Shown piece after piece: positions 21,901 through 32,754 of a DNA stretch of 64,000 bases. Within the stretch, counting starts at the first letter, position 1, and every line of letters starts with the position of its first letter. A program made the translations under genes and the position numbers. This DNA comes from Azolla caroliniana (taxonomy: Eukaryota; Plantae; Polypodiophyta): assembly GCA_043228905.1 (NCBI GenBank), contig JBHGNT010000010.1:13578001-13642000 (forward strand), given 5' to 3'. The notes under the pieces were generated by a model. That model had not been told where the DNA came from. It saw only the letters and a list, made by a program, of their open reading frames with translations, and searched no databases.

Positions 21901-24581
21901 CGTTTGCACCGGTCACGAAGATGACGACTGTTCGTGTTTTGCTCACGGTAGCTACGGCAAAGGGGTGGCACTTACATCAGATGGATGTAAAGAATGCGTT
22001 CCTGCAAGGTAAGCTTGAGGAACAGGTGTACACGGTATAGTCCCCCAAATTTCACTTCAGAATGACCACTTTGGCGGTATGCTGATTGAAGAAGTCCCTT
22101 TACGGACTAAAGCAAGCCCCGCGTGCCTGGAACGCGAAGATCACGCATCGACTGCGTCGGATGGGCTTTGCGACGTCAAAATCGGACTCCTCACTGTTCA
22201 TCCGGGAAGGTCGACTCGGGCCGGTTAGTATTTTACTTTATGTTGATGACTTGGTCATCATCGGCGCCGACCTAGGTGAGATTGACCGCGTGAAGCTCCA
22301 GCTCGCGGCATCATTCGACATGAAGGATCTGTGGGACCTTCATTACTTCCTCGGGATCAATGTGATCCGCAACCCCGAAGGCATACTAATCAACCAATGA
22401 CATTACGTACTGAGTATGCTCTTCAAATTCGGGATGGCAGACTGTAAGTCTGTCTCGATTCCTCTGGATAGAATAGTCAAGCTTCGCCTCGACTCCAGCA
22501 AGGTATGCGACCCGACGAGGTTCCGACAGATCGTATGAAGCCTTATATACTTGACCATCACTCGACCAGATCTCAACTACCTGGTTGGGGTGATTAGTCA
22601 ATTCATGGCATGACCTACCGAGGAGCACCTTCAATCTACGCAACGCGTACTGCGGTATGTAAGCGGGACTAAGGATCGGGGGCTACTATATCGGGCTGAT
22701 ACCGTCTCACAGTTGGTCGGTTACACCGATGCTGATTGGGCCGGAAACATCATCGATCCACGTCCGGTTTCGCGTTCTCTCTCGGGAATGTCGCGATCGC
22801 GTGGAGTAGCAAGAAGCAGCTGACAGTTGCGCTGTTCAGCACCGAGGCCGAGTATAGAGGAGCGGCTTTCGCGACATGTGAAGCCATATGGTTGAAGCGG
22901 CTACTTAAGGATCTGCAGGTGGAGGTGTCCGATCCAATGACTATCGACTGCGACAACCTCAACACCATCCAGCTCCTCAAGAACCCCGTCTTCCACGCCT
23001 GGACTAAGCACATTGAGGTGCACTACCATTTCGTCCGTGAGCGTGTTCTCTCCGGTGAAGTCGAACTTCAATATGTTCCGACGGATCGGCAGACCGCCGA
23101 CATCTTCACCAAGCCTCTTGGTCTGGACAAGTTGCAACAATTCTCGGGTGCGCTTGGGTTGCATCACCTCGACGTGCCGAACTTGAGGGGGAGAGATGCC
23201 CCGAATGACCACGGAAGGGGGAGAGAAAACCGCGACGTTGAGTCGGATGATGAATTGGATTTCGGATTGGCTGAAGAAGCCGAGGGCGGATCCCCGGAAG
23301 AGTCTTAAAGCGAACATAAGGGGAGTAGTCGAAAGGAAGAGCCGAAACCAACCAAGCGTGGGCGAGACAACGCTATCAAGGGCGAGAAAACCGAAGACGA
23401 GTTGGCAACAATCAACTCGAACGAGAGCGAAAACCGATTGGAGGAAGCTGAGTCGGTTCAGGTGTTTGATTCGGATATGCTGAATCAACTAAGGCTCAAG
23501 CGGAAGAGAGGGCTACAGAAGAGGCGCCAACACCGCAACAACAAGGAAGCTGAGAAGGGCCGTGTGAGCAGACAAGCCGACCGAAAGGGTCGAGGCGCGC
23601 AGAATCGAACAGGTCGAGTAGCACAAGCAAGCCGTGGAGCCAGGAGGAACCAGAACGTAGATCCGGAAGAGCGGATGGAACCTCAAGTTGAGCTTGAGGG
23701 GGAGTGTTGAGATACAAACTCAACATTGTCCGGATCGGCTATTCAAACTGAGAACTTGATTAGTTGGGACCAATCGGTAAGGCCGGACCGGTGTGTAAAA
23801 CGGATACGCAAACTGGTGCGTAACGAGAGGCCGTATCGTGTTAACTCTTAGGGCCGGACAATGGCCTAACACAGGGTGTCTACGGAAGACACTTCACCAA
23901 AGGGTGTTACGGCAACCGGATTAGGCTCAACGCTTACTCCGACTTAATTAAGTTACTAAGCATGATCGTCTTTCATAATCACACGCGTAAGATATAACAA
24001 TTAAGACAGAACGACAATTAACACAGAGAGATAACAACGCTAAGCTTTCATTAATTAACCGCTATTGATTACATTGTATCCGGGCCTTTAAATAGGTTTC
24101 CGGTCTGTATTACAAAACGGTGCCATCCGCACCTGTTTGGGATCGGTCCGGATCCGGAACGGCATACCTATTCCGGTCCGTCCGTCCACACTCATAGCTT
24201 AATTAAAACCACATTCCTATTACTTAAATAACTCTCCGTTTCCCACTCTGGACTCCTTTGCCGTCCGGTAACATATCGGTGCGCAAACCGAAAGGCCGTT
24301 AGAGAGATATTCCTCATAAGGAATAGTTTTGGGAGTAAGTGTCGAGGTTCATTTATGAGCAGTCAAGTACTGTTAGTACTTGTGTCAGCGCATTGTTAGG
24401 GCTTGTATAAAAGGTGCTCGCTGAGCACGATGTAAGTACAGAGTTAGTATTTTTTGAATTGAATTTCTTGTGTGTTCTCTCTCTGTCTCTCCCGCGTACT
24501 GTGCATACTCAAGCTCTCCATTAAACTTGCGTATTTTCTGTGTGTTTGGTTTTCTATTGCTTCCGCACATGATCTTTTACA
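18904..24581 (+). mobile_element. Decayed Copia element E2 with both LTRs and TSD AACAC
   Basis: 5' LTR 18904-19340, PBS 19341-19352, fragmented gag-pol with the knuckle region deleted at ~19935, PPT GAGGGGGAG 23696-23704, 3' LTR 23705-24581; AACAC at 18899-18903 and 24582-24586. Confidence 0.95.
23839..24273 (-). mobile_element. Solo LTR (435 bp, probably Gypsy) inserted in the 3' LTR of E2, TSD TATCG
   Basis: TGTTA...TAACA termini; TATCG at 23834-23838 and 24274-24278; removing it restores the E2 LTR. Orientation is inferred from CCTATTTAAA on the minus strand. Confidence 0.9.
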
Positions 24582-24587
24582 AACACC

Positions 24588-26810
24588 ATGAATACTGAAA
24601 TGGGGAGCGCTCTTCCTAGTGAGATGTTGAACCGAAACAACTTCGCATCTTGGGAGTACAAGATGCACCAATACCTTGTCGGTCAAGGTTATTGGAGGTA
24701 CATCAAAGGAGCACTAGAAAATCGACCCGACCCAAAGGACGACGACTACGCAAGATGGGAGCAAGCGGCAAGTCGAGTAATGTATTGCTTGGAGACATTA
24801 GTTCATGAACACATGCTCGACTATATTCGAGAAGCCAAGATGTCAAAGGAAGCATGGGAGAATCTACGAAATATTTTCACCACCAACACAACTGTAAGAA
24901 AACTTCAACTCCGCCAAGAGTTGAACAACATCCAACAAAGGGATATGTCCATCATGAGCTATACCTTGAAGATCAAGGAGCTTTGTGACTCGCTCGGCTC
25001 GATAAGTGTCAATGTGGACAATGATGAGATGGTGCAAATAAGCCTCGGTGGCCTTGCACCACGGTTCGGTGTGATGAGAATTGCCGTCCTAACAAGGAGA
25101 ATCCTCCCTCTTTCTTCGATCTTCAATCCATGTTATTGATTGAAGAAAATCATGTTCTAACAAGGAGCAACACCTCGGAAGGCCACATGATCTACACACA
25201 TTCGAATGGAGGAAGAGGCCGATTCGGCCAAGGACGAGGTGGACGAGTTCCGACTTACGACAACAACTCCCAATTTCGGCAACAAGACGGAAGCCATTGA
25301 GGAACCTTCGGAAGAAGGGGGAGATTCCATCCTGGTTCGAGCCAACAAACCTCGATCGAATGTGAATATTGCGGAAAAATTGGGCACAATAAAGAAGAGT
25401 GCCGAAAGCAAGCCGACAACTCACAAATTACGCCGCCAACTCTGACTATGAAGACCATGGCGGAATGTTCGTGATGAGACATAAAGCAAATTCTATGTCA
25501 GTCTCTACTTCAACTATACCTCCAATCCAGAAGATGTATGGTTCGTCAACTCCGGTGCCTTGAACCATATGACGTCCCTTCAAGAATGGTTCTAAGACTT
25601 ACGAGAGTCGGACTGACCCGGTTATGTCGAGACCGGAGATGACACCACTCATCTGATTCGGCATGTCGGCACTGTCCCATTCGGGAAAGACGACAAACAA
25701 ACTTGCATAAAAAATGTCTTACATGTACCCACCATATTGAAGAATTTGGTCTCGGTCGGCCAAATTGTGGAGCAAGGGATGCAAGTTTGATTCAACCAAG
25801 GTGGTTGCTTCATCAAGAAGGAAGGCCGACTACTTGCTCGTGGTCGAAGGGAAGGCCGAATGTTTATCCTCGAAGCGAATGAGATAAAATCAGCCATGTT
25901 TGCAAAAGACCTCAAATCCGACACCGACATAGAGCTATGGCATTAAAGAATTGGCCATATCAATCTCAACAAACTCAACAAACTCAAGGTGATGCAATCG
26001 AAAGGAGTCGTCATCGGGCTCCCGACCTTCAAAGAGAAAGAGATTGAAGGGGTATGTGAAGATTGCCAATTCGGCAAGCAACATCGGCATCCGTTCGCGA
26101 AAGATTGGAACATGAGCAAAGGCCTATTGAATGTAGTCCACTCGGATGTGTGGGGACCGGCACAGACGGCCACAGTCGGAGGATGTCAGTACTATGTTAC
26201 CTTCATCAACGTCTTCTCTAGATACACATGGATCTTCCCATGAGGATGAAGAGCGAAGTGTTTACACACTTCCAAATATTCAAAAGTGAAGTCAAGAAGA
26301 CAACTAGTTGCCATGTATGATGTCTTCGGTCGGACGGAGGACAGTAATACTTCTCCGATGCGTTCACGACATACCTTCGACAAGAAGGAATTCAGCGAGA
26401 ATTCACTTGCTGACAAACACCGCAACAAAATGGTGTAGCCAAACGCAAGAATCGGCACATCCTCGAAGTAGCAAGGTCCATGCTAAATGAGAAGCATATG
26501 CCCAAGTCATATTGGGTAGAAGCTGCAAATACTGTTGTCTACCTCATGAACTGGTGCACAACATCCAGAGTGTATGAGGTCACCCCGCACGAGAAATACT
26601 ATGGGAAGAAGCTGGATCTATCCCTTATAAGGATATTCGGCTCTATTGCATATGTGAACATTCCCGATGAGAAGCGACAGAAGCTTGACCCAAAATCAGA
26701 GAAGTGCATCCTCGTGGGGTACTCATTTGAGCAAAAGGGGTACAAGTGCTTCAACCCCTCTACTCGGAAGGCTCTTATAAGTCAGGATGTCGTCTCTGAC
26801 GAATTGACCT
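24588..26810 (+). pseudogene. Decayed gag-protease-integrase of Copia G
   Basis: MNTEMGSALPSEMLNRNNFASWEYKMHQYL, VHSDVWGP, KLDPKSEKCILVGY. Ends at GACCT (26806-26810), where H inserted. Confidence 0.9.
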
Positions 26811-27193
26811 TGTGAAACATGATGTACGGAAGCTATATGACACACAGAATACCAACAAGAGGAAACAACAGGTTTAATGGAGATCTTAAGACACGATGTA
26901 CGCGGGAGAGACAAAGAGAGAAAATAACACACCGAAGAAACTGAATTCAAAATAATGTGTAAAACTTTGTACATAGGATGTGCTTAGAGGACACTTTTAT
27001 ACAAGTCCATACGAACTGACAAAAGTACTGACACATACTTCAATGCTCATAACTGATCTCCTACATTAACTCCCAAATATATTCCCTTGCGGAATATCTA
27101 TTCAATGGCCTCCCGGTTTCCGCACCGATCTGGCCTCTTGTTGCGCACCGGTTTAGGCACCGGTCCGGCCAATGTTGAGCTTGTATCTCAACA
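26811..27193 (-). repeat. 3' LTR of E-type Copia element H (383 bp)
   Basis: Its reverse complement matches 37278-37660. PPT GAGGGAGAG is adjacent at 27194-27202(-). Confidence 0.92.
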
Positions 27194-27384
27194 CTCTCCC
27201 TCAAGCTCAATTGGAGGCTCTTCTGCTCCTTCGCTCTAATTTCTCTTGACTTTATGCCTCACTTGCGCTCCTTGACCCGTTTGATTCCGTGCACCTCGAC
27301 CCTTACAGCCGACTTGTCTACTCGTGCGGCCTTTTCTAGCTCCCTTGCTATCACAGTGTTGGCGCTTCTTTTTCTAGACCAAGG

Positions 27385-30300
27385 TGTAAGGAATAGGCCC
27401 TTCTATCCACCTTCTTATCTCGGCCACAACCGATTAATCGCGGATCAATGGAGCAGAAAATAGGAAACACACGTAGAAACAAAACGAAGAAACGCGAGTA
27501 CACAAGGATTAACGTGGAAAACCCTAAACGGGGAAAAACCACGGGAGTACAAGACTCCAAACAACACTATACAGAGAAGTATACAATGACGAGCTCCAAG
27601 GCGACGACCTTGAGCTCGCTGTCCTCGCCACAGGCGGCGGAAATACACAGAGGCGTCTACCTCTTTCTCTCTCGCGCTCTCTCTCTTTCTCTCTCTCACG
27701 GCTGCTCTCTCTTCACTCCTCTAAAGTGGAAAAACAGAAAAAAAAATGAGAAGCAACAGAAAAACTGTTTGCCCTAAGTCATATTTATACTTATATGACT
27801 TTGGGCTATTTACAACTATAGCCTCAGGGGGCTCGTAGCGAACATATTCACGGATATGTCCCTGCATCCGGATCGCTCTCCGGGTACATTCGTCATCCGG
27901 CACCGAAGCCGGGGTCTTCGTCATCCGGATCCGAAACCGAAACCGGGCTTGTCGGCATTCATCTCCGATATCCGACCATCCCATCCGAAAGGGACCGAAA
28001 TCCCAACAAACTCCCCCTTCACTTCGGCATGGGATGTCTTTCCAATCCGATCCTCTTCCGGCATGCTTCCAGCTTGTCGGGTGTGAGCACCTTGGTCAGC
28101 ATATCCGACCCGTTCTCGTCGGTGTGGATCTTCGTCAGCACGAACTCCTTGTCTTCTATCCTTTCCCGGATCCAGTGATATCTTCGCTGGATGTGCTTCG
28201 TCCGGGAGTGATAGGCTGCGTTCTTCGCAAGGTGGATGGCACTCTGACTGTCGCAGTAGAGTCGGTACTCCTCTTGCCGGATACCGAGCTCTCTAATGAA
28301 GTCCTTCATCCATATTATTTCCTTGCCGGCTTCAACAGCCGCCATGTACTCCGCCTCCGTGGTTGACAACGCAACCGTCTTCTGCAGCCTCGACTGCCAC
28401 GAAACAGCTCCCCCTGCATACGTCATCACATACCCTGATGTGGACCGGCTGGTATCTGCATCAGCCGACATATCAGAATCAGTAAAGCCTTCGAGTTCGG
28501 GCTTACCGGAGCCGAATCGGAGGCACACGTTTGCCGTGCCCTTCAGGTATCGGAGTATCCACTTGACCGCGTTCCAGTGCTCTTTGCCGGGATTGCTCAT
28601 GTACCGGCTCACCACTCCGACTGCATATCCTATGTCCGGTCTCGTACACACCATGGCGTACATCAAGCTCCCGACGGCTGAGGCATACGGCACTTCCATC
28701 ATATCCTCCTTTTCAGCCTTTGTCTTGGGACTTTGCTTGCTGGTCAGCTTGCAGTTTGCAGGGAGGGTCGATCCGACCGGTCTTGCTTCCCACATGTTGA
28801 ACCGGTGAAGCACCTTCGTCACGTACTTCTCCTGTGACAGCCACAACTGCTTCTTCTTCCTGTCCCGGATGATGTGCATCCCTAGTATTTGCCTCGCCGG
28901 ACCCAGGTCCTTCATTGAGAAGGTTCGGTGAAGAGCCTTCTTCAGCATCCGTATCTTGACCTGGTCCCGTCCGACGATCAACATGTCGTCCACGTACAGG
29001 AGGAGTATTAGGGAGTCTCCTCCTTCGAACTTCTTCACAAACACGCAGTGGTCGGACTGCGTTTTGAGGTACCCTTCGTCGGTCATGAAGGAGTCGAACT
29101 TCCGGTACCATTGCCGGGGAGCCTGCTTCAGTCCGTAAAGGCTCTTCTTCAATCGGCATACCAGGTGCTCCTTCCCTTTCTTCTCGAATCCTTCCGGTTG
29201 CTGCATGTAGATCTCTTCATCGAGGTCACCGTGAAGGAATGCCGTCTTCACGTCCATCTGTTCTACCTCGAGGTCCATGCTTGCCGCTATGCTCAGCACC
29301 GTCCGGATGGAGGTCATCTTCACTACCGGGGCAAATATCTCGTCGAAGTCGACGCCCTTCTTCTGCTGAAACCCCTTCACCACGATCCTGGCTTTGTATC
29401 TCGGGGGGTTTCCGGCATCTCCCGGTTTCAGCTTGAACACCCACTTGTTTCGCAGTGCCCGCTTTCCTTTCGGCAACTCCACAAGTTCATATGTGTGGTT
29501 CTCATGCAGGGAATCCATCTCGTCCTGCATGGCACTCAACCACCTGCGGCTCTGGGTGTCATGCTTTGCTTCTTCAAAGCTCTCCGGCTCCCCCTCGTCG
29601 GTTAGCAACACGTGCTCTGGTTCCGGAAATCTCCGGGGGGCCCTTCTCTCTCTTAGAGGGTATCTCCGTTCCGGAGCTTCGGTAACCGGTTCTTCCGATT
29701 CTTCTTCTTCATCCGAATCCATTTCGGGATCGGGGCCGGTTCCGGTATCATTTTCATCTTCTTCGGCCGGTTCTGTTTCTTCACCGTCTTCGGCCGGATC
29801 CTCGAGTGTTAACCGGTCCCTTGCCGGTCGGGACTGCTCCTCGTAGAGTTGATCCTCACCGATCGACTTGGAGCTCTTCATCTTCTTCTCCGACTCCCAG
29901 TCGGCGAGTGTCTTGTCCTCCATGAAGATGATGTCTCGACTCCTGAATATCTTCTTGTCGACCGGGTCCCATACTCGGTAGCCGAACTCGTCGTCGCCGT
30001 AACCGAGGAATATGCATGGCCGGGTCTTAGGATCTAGCTTTCCTCTCCGGTCCTTTGCCACATGCACGTATGCGAGACACCCGAACACCTTCAGATGCCG
30101 GTAGGACACTTCCTTACCGGTCCACACTCTCTGCGGCGTGTCTCCGTCCAAAGGAACTGAGGGTGATCTGTTTATCACATATGTCGCCGTCGACATTGCC
30201 TCAGCCCAAAACCCCTTGGGTAATTTCGCATGCGCCAGCATACTCCGGACCCGCTCCATTATGGTCCGGTTCATCCTCTCGGCCAGCCCGTTCAGTTCCG

Positions 30301-32749
30301 GCGTCTTCGGCACAGTAAACTCGAGCCGGATTCCCTTCGAGCGACAGTACTCCTGGAACTGCCCCCGGTATTCCCCTCCGTTATCCGCTCGTATCGCTTT
30401 CAGCTTCTTGCCGGATTCTCTTTCCACTCTCGCATGGAGTTCTTTGAAGACGGACAACACTTGGTCCTTTGTCTTCATCGGTGCCGTCCACAGTTTTCGG
30501 CTATGATCATCGATGAATGTTACGAAGTACTGGGCTCCGCCATGTGACTTCGTTTCTACCTGACACACGTCAGTGTGCACCAACTCCAATGGTGCGCTAC
30601 GTCTCGTCGGTGGCCTTGAGTGGAAGGAGGTTCGGTTCTGCTTACCGGCCAGGCAATCGGTGCACTTCTCCAGGTGCACGTGCTTCACTGGGATGAGGTT
30701 GTCTTCTGCAAGCCTCTTCATCCCCTTCTCACTCATGTGGCACAGTCTTTTGTGCCACAGCTCACCGGCAGTGTCGGCTGCCACATTCAGCTCTTCCGGA
30801 CATAACCGGGCATTCATCAGGTACAGTGTGTTGACCTTCCGGGCCCGAACCACTATCAAGCTCCCCTTGCTGAACTTCATGACACCGTTCCGGATGCTAC
30901 CCGTGTAGCCTTCATCATCTAGCCTCCCGGCCGAAATCAGGTTCAATCGGACCTCCGGAACGTGTCGGACATCTTTCAGCAGCATTTTGCATCCGGTCGG
31001 GGTTGTCAACCACACGTCTCCTATGCCGGCAATCCGGCACGTACCTTCATTTCCCATCCGAACACAGCCATGCTCGCCGGCTGTGTAGGATGAGAAGTAT
31101 CTTCTCTCCGGGGTCAGGTGGAACGATGCTCCGGAATCGACCACCCAGGTCGTCTCATCGCCGGCAACGTTTAGCTCACCTTCTTCGGTGATGAGCATGA
31201 TTTCTTCCTCACTTGCCGCGAGTGCCGTTGTTCCTTTCCGGTCTTGCCCTCGCCGATCCGAACCTCTCCGGTCCGTGGCTCCCCGGTATGCACCGTTTCT
31301 CTCCGGTGACTTCTTCGAGTCGGTGTCGTCGGCTCCGTTGTCTTTTCGGTAATGCCGACAATTCTTTCGGAAGTGCCCCGGCTTCCCACAGTGGAAGCAT
31401 GTGGGCCTTCCTCTTGACTGCGACCGGGTCCCCGACTTCTCCCGTCTTTGCGGACTCCGGTTCCATTGTCTTCCCCGATCCGATTCGGTAAACAGCATCT
31501 TCGGGTCGGAGGCCGGTTCCTTATCTCTCCGACGCGCTTCTTCATTCAGAATACTTGTCTTTACAGTTTGTAAGGACAAGTTATCTTCGGTGCACGAGGT
31601 GCTGAGAGTCACCACCAAGTTCTCCCAGCTTTCCGGCAATGTACACATCAGGATGATGGCTTGCATTGCATCCTCCAACGGGAACTTGATCGCCGCAAGC
31701 TGGTTCACGAATCCCATGAACGTGCTTACGTGTTCCACCATACTCTCGCCGTCCCGATACTTGAGATTCACAATCTTCCTCATCAGGGAGGTCCGGTTCA
31801 ACGCATTCTTCCTCTCATAGAGGCCAGACAGCTTCTTCCACATCTCGTATGCGTTGGTGTCGTTCGCCACATGTTGCAGGACGCTTACGTCGACATATTG
31901 TCGGATCGTCGCTACGGCTTTCCGGTTCAGGAGCTTCCACTCCGACTCAAGTACCCCCTTCGGTATTTCCGACCTGTCAATCGGTTCGTACAGGTCCCGA
32001 ACAATCAGAAGATCCTCCATCTTGATCTTCCAGTCGGCGTAATTCTGTGCATTCAGCACCATCATCATCGGCTGCCCGCTGCCGCCGCCTTCCATTTTCT
32101 GCAACAGTCGCTCTGATACCAGTTTGTAAGGAATAGGCCCTTCTATCCACCTTCTTATCTCGGCCACAACCGATTAATCGCGGATCAATGGAGCAGAAAA
32201 TAGGAAACACACGTAGAAACAAAACGAAGAAACGCGAGTACACAAGGATTAACGTGGAAAACCCTAAACGGGGAAAAACCACGGGAGTACAAGACTCCAA
32301 ACAACACTATACAGAGAAGTATACAATGACGAGCTCCAAGGCGACGACCTTGAGCTCGCTGTCCTCGCCACAGGCGGCGGAAATACACAGAGGCGTCTAC
32401 CTCTTTCTCTCTCGCGCTCTCTCTCTTTCTCTCTCTCACGGCTGCTCTCTCTTCACTCCTCTAAAGTGGAAAAACAGAAAAAAAAAATGAGGAGCAACAG
32501 AAAAACTGTTTGCCCTAAGTCATATTTATACTTATATGACTTTGGGCTATTTACAACTATAGCCTCAGGGGGCTCGTAGCGAACATATTCACGGATATGT
32601 CCCTGCATCCGGATCGCTCTCCGGGTACATTCGTCATCCGGCACCGAAGCCGGGGTCTTCGTCATCCGGATCCGAAACCGAAACCGGGCTTGTCGGCATT
32701 CATCTCCGATATCCGACCATCCCATCCGAAAGGGACCGAAATCCCAACA
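27385..32749 (-). mobile_element. Intact, very young Copia element I (Tork/Tnt1-like), TSD CAAGG
   Basis: LTRs 27385-28008 and 32125-32749 differ by eye only in one A-run indel and one substitution. PBS 32110-32121, PPT 28011-28023; CAAGG at 27380-27384 and 32750-32754. Inserted into RNase H of H. Confidence 0.98.
28019..32095 (-). CDS. Copia gag-pol polyprotein of I, 1358 aa
   Basis: Uninterrupted ORF with all motifs (CCHC knuckle, DSGAS, HHCC/DDE, YVDD, RNase H); close paralog of 330-4403. Confidence 0.98.
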   Translation of the reverse strand: MEGGGSGQPMMMVLNAQNYADWKIKMEDLLIVRDLYEPIDRSEIPKGVLESEWKLLNRKAVATIRQYVDVSVLQHVANDTNAYEMWKKLSGLYERKNALNRTSLMRKIVNLKYRDGESMVEHVSTFMGFVNQLAAIKFPLEDAMQAIILMCTLPESWENLVVTLSTSCTEDNLSLQTVKTSILNEEARRRDKEPASDPKMLFTESDRGRQWNRSPQRREKSGTRSQSRGRPTCFHCGKPGHFRKNCRHYRKDNGADDTDSKKSPERNGAYRGATDRRGSDRRGQDRKGTTALAASEEEIMLITEEGELNVAGDETTWVVDSGASFHLTPERRYFSSYTAGEHGCVRMGNEGTCRIAGIGDVWLTTPTGCKMLLKDVRHVPEVRLNLISAGRLDDEGYTGSIRNGVMKFSKGSLIVVRARKVNTLYLMNARLCPEELNVAADTAGELWHKRLCHMSEKGMKRLAEDNLIPVKHVHLEKCTDCLAGKQNRTSFHSRPPTRRSAPLELVHTDVCQVETKSHGGAQYFVTFIDDHSRKLWTAPMKTKDQVLSVFKELHARVERESGKKLKAIRADNGGEYRGQFQEYCRSKGIRLEFTVPKTPELNGLAERMNRTIMERVRSMLAHAKLPKGFWAEAMSTATYVINRSPSVPLDGDTPQRVWTGKEVSYRHLKVFGCLAYVHVAKDRRGKLDPKTRPCIFLGYGDDEFGYRVWDPVDKKIFRSRDIIFMEDKTLADWESEKKMKSSKSIGEDQLYEEQSRPARDRLTLEDPAEDGEETEPAEEDENDTGTGPDPEMDSDEEEESEEPVTEAPERRYPLRERRAPRRFPEPEHVLLTDEGEPESFEEAKHDTQSRRWLSAMQDEMDSLHENHTYELVELPKGKRALRNKWVFKLKPGDAGNPPRYKARIVVKGFQQKKGVDFDEIFAPVVKMTSIRTVLSIAASMDLEVEQMDVKTAFLHGDLDEEIYMQQPEGFEKKGKEHLVCRLKKSLYGLKQAPRQWYRKFDSFMTDEGYLKTQSDHCVFVKKFEGGDSLILLLYVDDMLIVGRDQVKIRMLKKALHRTFSMKDLGPARQILGMHIIRDRKKKQLWLSQEKYVTKVLHRFNMWEARPVGSTLPANCKLTSKQSPKTKAEKEDMMEVPYASAVGSLMYAMVCTRPDIGYAVGVVSRYMSNPGKEHWNAVKWILRYLKGTANVCLRFGSGKPELEGFTDSDMSADADTSRSTSGYVMTYAGGAVSWQSRLQKTVALSTTEAEYMAAVEAGKEIIWMKDFIRELGIRQEEYRLYCDSQSAIHLAKNAAYHSRTKHIQRRYHWIRERIEDKEFVLTKIHTDENGSDMLTKVLTPDKLEACRKRIGLERHPMPK

Positions 32750-32754
32750 CAAGG

